Shown piece by piece: positions 11,301 through 18,099 of a stretch of DNA of 64,000 nucleotides. The notes under the pieces were generated by a model, which searched no databases, was not told where the DNA came from, and saw only the letters and a program-made list of their open reading frames with translations. Origin of the DNA: an uncultured Verrucomicrobiota bacterium (GTDB lineage: Bacteria; Verrucomicrobiota; Kiritimatiellia; CAIQIC01; Lenti-01); assembly GCA_964647595.1 (NCBI GenBank), contig CAZYGH010000016.1, positions 16,368-80,367 on the forward strand, read 5' to 3'. The position numbers and the translations under genes are program-made. Within the stretch, counting starts at the first letter, position 1; each line of letters begins with the position of its first letter.

Positions 11301-11832
11301 CCGAGCGCGAAAACCACGCGCCGGCCGCAGTTTTTCCCACATTGCTCACCACGCGCAGATTGCGCTGGGTGCCGCCGCCCGCATACAGCCCACCAGCCGA
11401 AATCGCCGAATTTGAACCCTCCTCCGCCGTATATCCCCGGCGCAGCGTAAAGCCATCCAGCACCCCGTTCGTCATATACACGCTACGAACCGCCGAGGTT
11501 CCAAGAAGCGATTCTTCCGAATGCGGCGCACCCTCAATCACCGTATAGCGAAGACCGTTCACGCTACGCAACGTAATGGGCCGCGTCAGACGCGCGCGCG
11601 CCGCAAGCCCCCCCGCCATCGCGCTCCCGCTTCGATACACGCCATTGGTCACCCAAATGGTTTCGCCGTTGGTCGCCGCGCTAATGGCCGCCGTCAAATT
11701 CGTCGCGGCCGTCTCCCACGTGCTATACGGCGCGGTATGCGATCCCCAGTGCGACACGTAATGCGTCACCCCGTTTGCCACCAATGGGCAAACGAGCAGA
11801 ATCAGGATCAGAATGACGTGTCTCCATCGCAT
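8398..11832 (-). CDS. Secreted multidomain FG-GAP/VCBS-repeat protein (N-terminal beta-helix-like segment, two ASH/choice-of-anchor-D-like Ig domains, FG-GAP propeller, FN3, CARDB-like, conserved C-terminal domain)
   Basis: Signal peptide MRWRHVILILILLVCPLVANG. Repeated WGDxDNDGxLDLA motifs; two I.GTN...I.NG...P...GT.FG domains; APGAPSGL...FSWSAATD (FN3); LPDLVV (CARDB-like). Confidence 0.85.
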   Translation of the reverse strand: MRWRHVILILILLVCPLVANGVTHYVSHWGSHTAPYSTWETAATNLTAAISAATNGETIWVTNGVYRSGSAMAGGLAARARLTRPITLRSVNGLRYTVIEGAPHSEESLLGTSAVRSVYMTNGVLDGFTLRRGYTAEEGSNSAISAGGLYAGGGTQRNLRVVSNVGKTAAGAWFSRSAVSNIAFDLNASESGPVVKIDRRVRFVATRINALSLPISDLKIIGTNGEVIVNGDPNMAAENGAWFGGVHVGTGVTTHVFTLSNAGDGPLEISGVSPQGGHADDFELITAPSNAVVNPGESTELEIRFDPQAKGIRSTLFFVENNDPDDDPYALWLGGDGLQSEMRVLGTNKAWIANGSTNPALATGTDFGIYGNTPLRRRFAITNAGSFLLTLTGTPQVVIAGEHTSDFTVVQQPVDSVEPGEMVEFEIEFFPSVVNTRRALVQIGSDDTYHTNGLYQFAIQGTCPATNPYINARANFRDLAGSSLAWGDVDNDGLLDLAILGTDGTNRFTEIHRNLGGGAFTNMQAGLIGLESGNMAFGDCDNDGWLDLAVSGMSGTGAVTKIYRNQQDGSFVEVAVSLTGTISGGLAWGDYDNDGDLDLAISGFGSTVAVSKLYRNDGNRRFTSVNFNLAPLQNGQISWVDMDKSGWLALIMTGDTGTGKTARLYRNIEGVLTNYPLAGVNGSAYGGLSFGDNNNDGWPDFAQTGYGNSGMVSEVYRFTGTPTLFTRSSDVLTSLWLGNCEWGDLDNNGWQDLVTSGENESNKRSVNVYTNRNGTLGVQPTQIPGLRISGMAMADADRDGDLDLAVSGLATNGYTSAVFRNLSPVSNAPPGAPSGLSARLTNGNEVIFSWSAATDDFTPSSTLTYNLYVGVASNPVAVMSPHADLSTGRRKIVTKGNAQYRREWTLRNLPAGTQLVWGVQAVDGAHEGGVFAVGTPIETEALPDLVVSRIQVMNVPFQATVTVSNRGTAASTAPVKLSGWLNRSTSASCGQASDLTNTVGILGIGEATNVVFANIPQITNAVVYTFRAYVNSVCSPSMLEIRLDNNQLGRVYTNRVYEAFWFQATALTNNVYLRWINPTNIGMQSSEVLLHTSDSAYPATTNDGSELYRGTNQVFQHTGLSPSQPNYYTIWVTHDGTNWFSPPE

Positions 11833-11839
11833 TCATTCC

Positions 11840-12349
11840 CTACGGTTCAGCGGTCTTCCTGCACTCCACCGACCACCACACATTCGTGCCCGTTGTAAAA
11901 TTCGTAATGACGATACCGATGCGATATTGATTGCTCACCCACGAAGACGTCCACACCGCTGTTTCCACGCCAACGGCGGTGGCCTGAATTTCGTTAACGA
12001 CCGTATACGTGTCCCACGCATCGTTCCATTTGGAACGAACGAGCTGCGCATCGGCGTCGCCGCCGTCGGTTTGCAGACGAACGGTTTCCAGTTCGCCCGT
12101 CCACCGGAAAGCCGGAGCCCACACCACGCGATTGGACTGCGCTCGGAAGTCCACCGTGCCCCCCACGCTGATGAGTTCCGAGGGCCACGTGGTATGCACC
12201 ACACCGCCCATCTCGATGCCCGTCACGCGAAGAGCCCCGATGTGGTTGGTGCCCAGCCCATCCTCCACCGCTGAGGCGTCCCACGCCCAAAGGCCCATCA
12301 TTCCCACAAGAATGCCTGCAAAAACGGCCAAATGGAGCGTGGGTTTCAT
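11840..12349 (-). CDS. Secreted hypothetical protein sharing its mature N-terminal motif with the upstream fibre protein
   Basis: Start refined to MKPTLHLAVFAGILVGMMGLWAWDASA at 12349. The mature chain starts AVEDGLGTNHIGALRV. 7 bp gap to the downstream gene. Confidence 0.8.
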   Translation of the reverse strand: MKPTLHLAVFAGILVGMMGLWAWDASAVEDGLGTNHIGALRVTGIEMGGVVHTTWPSELISVGGTVDFRAQSNRVVWAPAFRWTGELETVRLQTDGGDADAQLVRSKWNDAWDTYTVVNEIQATAVGVETAVWTSSWVSNQYRIGIVITNFTTGTNVWWSVECRKTAEP

Positions 12350-12375
12350 TCTGACTATTTTCAATTCTCTTTTCC

Positions 12376-15300
12376 TTACGGGGCTGGCACCGTGCGGAAC
12401 ATTTCGCGCCACGCCGAGCCATCGTAGAGGAACTGAATGATGTGCCCGCTCTTCAATGTGAACGAAATGCCGCCCGCCAACACGAGACCCGTGCCATCGT
12501 CCAGTTTCAGCGTGTTGGTGTTATCCGTGCCCTGCAACGTCAACATCTGCCCAGGCGAGCCAGCCGCAATCTGCGGATTGGCGGAAATATCGACGGCGCC
12601 ACTATTGCCCCGCACCTTCAGATACGACCGCTGAATATGCGTTGCGGTGAGGCCCGTGCCCGCCGCAATCTGCGTTTCATCCGACGGCGTCGTGACCACA
12701 GCACCCGCAAACGTCACTTTGGCCGTGACGGACATCGTGTCCACCGCAATATCATTGCCCAGCACCATATTTCCACCCACGGTCAGATTTCCGGCCGCAT
12801 CCACGTTGCCGCCGGCATTCACATTCCCTTCGACGCCCACGCCGCCTTCCAGCACTAGCGCGCCCGTATCCTTGTTCGTCGAGGCCGTCGTGGAGGCAAT
12901 CGCCACCGCACCCGTCACCCCGAGTGCGCCGCCCACTTGGAGGTTCTTCTCCACCCCCACGCCACCTTCTACAATCAGCGCTCCGGTATCCTTGTTGTCG
13001 GCCTGCGTCGTCGCCGCAACCGTCACCGCGCCGCTCGCTGTCAAGGTTCCACCGGCCGTCACGTTGCCAGACGCATCGGCCTTGAAAGAACCCGTGTTGG
13101 TCCAGGCCGATCCGTTCCAGCGCAACAAATCATTAGCCGCCGTACCTGCCGCCACCGAACTGCTCAGCTTGCTGTCCACATAGCCCATTGTGGCCGCGTG
13201 GGACGCATTGGTCGGTGTGGGAACCACCACGAAATCGCTAAATGTTTTGACGCCGGCAATGCTCTGAGCCCCATTGGTCCGGACCACCGAAGCATCCACC
13301 GCAATCGCATCCGCCGAGACCGTGATACCATCTCCCTGCCCGACCGCGATCGCCGCCGCGCCGCCACCCGTCAAACCCGCGCCCGCCGTGGTGGCCGCCA
13401 CGCGCAAATTGTTGGCCCCATCGCTTTCCAACCCGGTACCCGCCAAATCCGCCGCTTTGGCCTTCACTTCCAAGCCGACGATTTCGATACCATCGCCCGC
13501 CGTGTACGTGCCCGGCGAGGCAAACTGCGCAAAGGTGATATTTTGCGAACCCACCGCCGCCGTCGGCGACGTGCAAATCCACGCCGTCCCGCCATTGGCC
13601 GTACCTTGCGCGACGAAGACCGCCGCACCGACCAAATGCGCCGTGTTGGTCATGTCCGCCGCTCGCACCGGAGCTATGCCCGCGCCTTGAATCACATAAA
13701 GCCCATTGGCCGTCGCATCGGTTTGATTCTTGAGCAAGACGCGATCGCCCGCCAACAAGGCCACGCCATCCAATGTGTTGCCCGCGCTGACACCGGTCAA
13801 CGCAGCCACATTGCCCGTGCCTGCCGCCTTCACGGCTTGTTTCCACGACAACCCGTTAATCGCGCTATCCACATACAACTTGTTTGCCGCATCCGTGTTG
13901 GCCGTTGGTGTGCCCAGGCCCGTCACCCGGAAATTGCCCATCGCCAAATTCGTCGCCGCCGTGCCATTGAAGGTGATCGTGTCGCCGCTGGTGTCGCCCA
14001 GCACCACATTTCCCTGCACCGCCAAGTCGCCCGCATTGGTCTGCGCACCGGTCACATTTAATGTTCCCGCCACGCTGGCCTTCCCCTGCACCACCACGTC
14101 CGAGGTATTGGTCTGGATACCCGTCACTTTCAGAGTTCCGCCGACCGCCGTATTGCCCGTGGCATCCACCGTGAACGCGCTGGTGTTCGTCCACGCCGAT
14201 CCATTCCAACGCAGCGAATCATTCGCCGACGTACCGGCCGCCACCGAGCTACTCAGCTTGCCATCCACATAGCCCATCGTGGCCGCGTGCGACGCATTGG
14301 TGGGCGTCGGCACCACCACAAAATCCGTGAACGTTTTCACGCCGGCGATCGACTGCGCACCATTCGTGCGAACCACCGAAGCGTCCACCGTCACCGCGTC
14401 GCCCACCACGGCAATGCCGCTACCCGGATTCACCGCCAGCGCCGTGGCCCCGCCCCCCGTCAACCCGTCGCCCGCCGCCGTCGCCGCCACGCGAATATCA
14501 CCGCCGTTCACCTCCAGCCCCGATCCAACAAAATCAGCCGGATTCACCGAGAAGGTCAATCCGCTCAAGCTCATGCCATCTCCCGCCGCATACGTGCCCG
14601 GCGACGCAAACTGCGCAAATGTAATCGCGCCCGAGCCCACTGTTGCCGTCGGCGATGTGCAGACCCATGCCGTACCCGCATTGACTGTGCCTTGCGCCAC
14701 AAACACCGCCGCGCCCACCAAATGTGCGGTATTGGTCATATCGCTCGCCCGCACGGGAGCAATGCCGCCGCCCTGCACCACATAGATTCCGTTGTCGGCT
14801 GCCGTCGTCTGGCCCCGCAACAAAATGCGATCATTTGCCAACAGAGCCACGCCATCCAAGGTGTTGCCCGCGCTGGCCGATGTCAACGCCGCCACATTGC
14901 CCGTGCTCGCCACTCGAACGGCTTGCTTCCACGACAGCCCATTAATCGCGCTATCCACATACAACTTGGTCGCCGCATCCGCACTTGCCGTTGGCGCACC
15001 CAACCCCGTCACCCGGAAATTGCCCATCGCCAAATTCGTCGCCGCCGTGCCATTAAACGTGATCGTGTCGCCGCCGGAATCGCCCAGCACCACATTCCCC
15101 TGCATCGCCACATCGCCCACATTGGTCTGCGCGCCGGTCACCCGCATCGTACCCGCCACACTGGCTTTTCCTTCCACCACCACATCCGACGTGTTCGTCT
15201 GAATGCCCGTCACTTTCAGGTTGCCGCCCACCGACGTGTTGCCGGAAGCATCTACCGCAAGCCCGCTACTGTTGGTCCACGCCGTGCCCGTCCAGCGCAA

Positions 15301-15807
15301 TGTATCGTTGGCCGAAGCCCCCGCCGCCACCGAACTGCTCAATTTGCCATCCACATACGCCACCGAGGCCGCATGCGTACTGCTGGTCGACGTCGGCACC
15401 ACCACCTGATTGGTGAACGTGATCGGCCCGCCGAGCTGAAATGCGCCGGACGTTCGCACCACCGTGGCATCCACCGCCACGGCATCGGCCGTCACCGTGA
15501 CGCCATCGCCCGCCCCCACGGCCAATGCCGCCGAACCGCCACCAACCAAACCGTCGCCCGCCACCGCCACCGCGATTTTTCCGGTCGTCACGGCATTGCT
15601 TTGAATCATCGCCGTTGTGATCGACTGATTCGTCAGCGTGCTGGTGGAAATTTCCTGCCAGGTGCCAATCCTCTCGTTGTTGAGCAGGATCCCATCGTAC
15701 ACCTTCAGCGTACGCACATGGTTCGTGCCCAACCCATCTTCAACAGCCACCGCCTGCACCACCGCCAACAGCACATAGGTCAGCATCAGACTCAGCGTTT
15801 TTTTCAT
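12376..15807 (-). CDS. Secreted phage-tail-fibre-like / trimeric fibrous protein, Gly/Ala/Thr/Val-rich, with internal ~362 aa repeats
   Basis: Start refined to MKKTLSLMLTYVLLAVVQAVA (GAGGA RBS upstream). DAATKLYVD/HAATMGYVD neck-like motifs and SWKQAV...DGVALL..DR.LL..QT....NG.YV modules, which I recognise from phage fibre proteins (recall, not a search). Confidence 0.8.
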   Translation of the reverse strand: MKKTLSLMLTYVLLAVVQAVAVEDGLGTNHVRTLKVYDGILLNNERIGTWQEISTSTLTNQSITTAMIQSNAVTTGKIAVAVAGDGLVGGGSAALAVGAGDGVTVTADAVAVDATVVRTSGAFQLGGPITFTNQVVVPTSTSSTHAASVAYVDGKLSSSVAAGASANDTLRWTGTAWTNSSGLAVDASGNTSVGGNLKVTGIQTNTSDVVVEGKASVAGTMRVTGAQTNVGDVAMQGNVVLGDSGGDTITFNGTAATNLAMGNFRVTGLGAPTASADAATKLYVDSAINGLSWKQAVRVASTGNVAALTSASAGNTLDGVALLANDRILLRGQTTAADNGIYVVQGGGIAPVRASDMTNTAHLVGAAVFVAQGTVNAGTAWVCTSPTATVGSGAITFAQFASPGTYAAGDGMSLSGLTFSVNPADFVGSGLEVNGGDIRVAATAAGDGLTGGGATALAVNPGSGIAVVGDAVTVDASVVRTNGAQSIAGVKTFTDFVVVPTPTNASHAATMGYVDGKLSSSVAAGTSANDSLRWNGSAWTNTSAFTVDATGNTAVGGTLKVTGIQTNTSDVVVQGKASVAGTLNVTGAQTNAGDLAVQGNVVLGDTSGDTITFNGTAATNLAMGNFRVTGLGTPTANTDAANKLYVDSAINGLSWKQAVKAAGTGNVAALTGVSAGNTLDGVALLAGDRVLLKNQTDATANGLYVIQGAGIAPVRAADMTNTAHLVGAAVFVAQGTANGGTAWICTSPTAAVGSQNITFAQFASPGTYTAGDGIEIVGLEVKAKAADLAGTGLESDGANNLRVAATTAGAGLTGGGAAAIAVGQGDGITVSADAIAVDASVVRTNGAQSIAGVKTFSDFVVVPTPTNASHAATMGYVDSKLSSSVAAGTAANDLLRWNGSAWTNTGSFKADASGNVTAGGTLTASGAVTVAATTQADNKDTGALIVEGGVGVEKNLQVGGALGVTGAVAIASTTASTNKDTGALVLEGGVGVEGNVNAGGNVDAAGNLTVGGNMVLGNDIAVDTMSVTAKVTFAGAVVTTPSDETQIAAGTGLTATHIQRSYLKVRGNSGAVDISANPQIAAGSPGQMLTLQGTDNTNTLKLDDGTGLVLAGGISFTLKSGHIIQFLYDGSAWREMFRTVPAP
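13100..15357. repeat. Two tandem ~1086 bp (362 aa) repeats plus the start of a third within the fibre gene
   Basis: YVD[GS]KLSSSVAAG..AND.LRW recurs at ~15340, ~14255 and ~13165. ttaatcgcgctatccacatacaactt occurs at 14942 and 13856 (offset 1086). Confidence 0.9.
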
Positions 15808-15849
15808 GTTCAGTCCTCGTTGGTTTTTTGAAAGGGTTGTTTTCATACG

Positions 15850-16533
15850 TCAGTTGTCCCATCGGTTCTGGCTACGGTTGATCTCCACCCAGTTGAGGGT
15901 GCTGTCGTCATAAATAAATTGAATGGTGTCGAACGCCCCCAAATGGAACGGCTGGCCCAGCATCGTGCGAAGCCCCGTTCCGTTCACCAGCGCCACCTTG
16001 TACGAGTCCGACACTCCTTGAAGCGTCAACAACTGCCCGGGCGCGCCCGCCGCGATTTGCGGATCGCCCAACGTCACCGGCGTTGTCGCTCCCCTCACGC
16101 GGATATACGAACTCATCGGCTGAATGGTGCTGCCCACCACCAACAACAACTGATCATGCTTCGCAAGACTTTGCCGTCCCATCTGCACCAAATTCGTATT
16201 CACCAACGTGCCATCCACCACCAAATTGGAATGAACCTGCAAGCTGCCTTCCATGTACGCGCTACCCCACCCCGACGTGACAACCCCCGCCCCCGTCAGA
16301 TTCGTCCCGAACACCGCAAACCCGCCCACCTGCAAATCCGGGTCGGCCTTCGTCGCGCTTTGCCCAAGGGCCGAAAAGGCCGAAGCGGCAATAAACAACA
16401 TCACCCATGCGGCAGTTCTTGCCGCACGCGAAAATGAAAATCGAGGACGCTCGCGAGCAAGCGCGCCCTCAACATATTCCGCGGATGATGACCACGTTCT
16501 CAACACATATTCCTGCCGTCGAATAGGAAACAA
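15850..16533 (-). CDS. Hypothetical exported protein sharing its C-terminal domain with the fibre protein; start uncertain
   Basis: Hydrophobic segment AAWVMLFIAASAFSALG. The C-terminal SYIRVRG...PQIAAGAPGQLLTLQG...GTGL...IQFIYD...W.E..R matches the fibre protein C-terminus. Confidence 0.75.
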   Translation of the reverse strand: MFPIRRQEYVLRTWSSSAEYVEGALARERPRFSFSRAARTAAWVMLFIAASAFSALGQSATKADPDLQVGGFAVFGTNLTGAGVVTSGWGSAYMEGSLQVHSNLVVDGTLVNTNLVQMGRQSLAKHDQLLLVVGSTIQPMSSYIRVRGATTPVTLGDPQIAAGAPGQLLTLQGVSDSYKVALVNGTGLRTMLGQPFHLGAFDTIQFIYDDSTLNWVEINRSQNRWDN

Positions 16534-16738
16534 ACGCTACAGCACACGAATACTCTGCTCCGATTGTGTAAAATTACACTTTTTTGCGACCCATTGCCAT
16601 ACATAATCTTAACTTTTCACATCGTTTCACGCCCCTTTGACCGCACGGGGACATCCATGAGAAGCATGGGGGATGCCACGCCACACCGGAACGCGGGCCT
16701 CATTCCCGCATTCCAAACAATATTGTTTCACCGTTCGC

Positions 16739-17674
16739 CTACATCCGGCGGTCGGGCTTCCGGAGAACAATGCGGACTTCGCTTCGCGGAATATCCCCTT
16801 CGAGGGCGGTGCGCAACGACTCGATGGTGTCGATGACCTCCCCAACGCAACAAGCAGGATCAAAGCTAAGCCCGATCTCGATAAAAATCCGATTCCCCGA
16901 TCGCCGCGAGCGGACATCGTGAAACGTGTCATAGCCGTCATAATGTTCAGCCAGCCTCTTCATTATCTTGAGCTGCAAATCTTCGTCCAGCGTGCGATCC
17001 AGCAAGTCGAAAAAGGATTCGCGGATGACCGGTACATACGAGCCGATGGCATAGAACACATAGACCAGCGCACAGAGCGGATCGATATAGACATCCCACG
17101 ATTGGGAACGGAAGACCAGTGTCAGAATCAGGGCCATCATCATCGCCGCGCTTGAGACCGTATCACTACGGCTATGTCGCCACTGCATGTCGATCAGTGG
17201 AGAGCGCGTTTGGACAGCCAAACGGCGAGTCCTCCACCACAGCCAAGCGTTAATGGCCACCGATGCGGCCTGAACCGCGATGCCGGCCACCGTGAAGCCC
17301 TCATTCAACTCCACCGGGCGGAGCAGGCGATACACCGAAAAGCCACCCAGCACACTCAGTCCAAGGATATAGCAAATCGCCCCAAAAAGACTCCCCACCC
17401 GCTCCATCTTGCCCGGGCCGTAATCGTAGTCCCGAACGTCGCCCTTCCGGATGGCACGCAGGATGCGAAGGGCCACGCCCTGCGAAACGAAACTTTTGGC
17501 ATATTCCAGCATGTCCGACAGCAACAGCATGGAACCCGACAACACCGCCACCGCCACACACGGAAGGAAGGTGGCCAGATCCACCAGCAAACAAATCCAG
17601 ACTGCACGCTCCTCGCGGTGCGCGTTGCTCTTGTCGGTCTGACTCTCAGCCTTGTTCACCATATCGAAACCCAT
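16739..17674 (-). CDS. Cation diffusion facilitator (CDF) family transporter
   Basis: Six hydrophobic segments, HSRSD in TM5, YIDPLCAL, and C-terminal HDVRSRRSGNRIFIEI cytoplasmic domain. Confidence 0.85.
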   Translation of the reverse strand: MGFDMVNKAESQTDKSNAHREERAVWICLLVDLATFLPCVAVAVLSGSMLLLSDMLEYAKSFVSQGVALRILRAIRKGDVRDYDYGPGKMERVGSLFGAICYILGLSVLGGFSVYRLLRPVELNEGFTVAGIAVQAASVAINAWLWWRTRRLAVQTRSPLIDMQWRHSRSDTVSSAAMMMALILTLVFRSQSWDVYIDPLCALVYVFYAIGSYVPVIRESFFDLLDRTLDEDLQLKIMKRLAEHYDGYDTFHDVRSRRSGNRIFIEIGLSFDPACCVGEVIDTIESLRTALEGDIPRSEVRIVLRKPDRRM

Positions 17675-17756
17675 ACAGGACTGTCACACATGCCCGGACT
17701 CTACATCCAACCGCCTCCCGATGACCAGCACCCCGTTGCCGCCCCGAAAAAAACAG

Positions 17757-17828
17757 TTTTCCACAGTGTGGAAACATTTTTTCCATTGTGTGGAAAAAAC
17801 GCGAAAAAGTTTTCCATACTGTGGAAAC
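17757..17828. repeat. 72 bp element of three 19 bp palindromic units (TTTTCCA[CT]-N3-GTGGAAA[AC]), copy 1
   Basis: Units at 17757, 17779 and 17810. The reverse complement matches 56414-56485 at 65/72 nt. Confidence 0.9.
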
Positions 17829-18099
17829 TCTTGCAAAACTCCACAGAATACGGCCGGGATGGAACCCGGCCCTCCAGACAAGCGCCAACATGCACCGTCT
17901 TTTCCTCTGGAGGGACGACCTCCGCGTCGTCCGGGTTCGTCTTGAAAGTTCCCCTCGGATAGTTTGGACACAACCTTAAGGCCTTTTTTGATAATTTAGA
18001 AAAATATACCCCCTTTACAAATAGAAGGACAGGGTCTAGCGTTGACTCGCAGGATGGATGTGCAGGAGAGCGTGAATGGTCGAATCCGGACAACAGGGT

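Noticed and set aside
12376-15807. Prophage remnant or classical trimeric autotransporter
   Set aside because: No other phage genes, att sites or decay, and a clean signal peptide is present. There is no C-terminal YadA-type membrane-anchor barrel ending in an aromatic residue.
1-15807. Diversity-generating retroelement acting on the repeats
   Set aside because: No reverse transcriptase is present, and differences between repeats are not adenine-specific; the repeats are in-frame coding modules.
16566-16579. Palindrome GTGTAA-AA-TTACAC upstream of the fibre operon
   Set aside because: A plausible operator, but a single short instance with no second copy in the window; insufficient support.
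17757-17828. Possible CRISPR array or replication origin at the triple palindromes
   Set aside because: The spacers are only 3 and 12 bp and conserved between copies, with no cas genes. Two near-identical dispersed copies and no dnaA/dnaN/gidA context argue against oriC.
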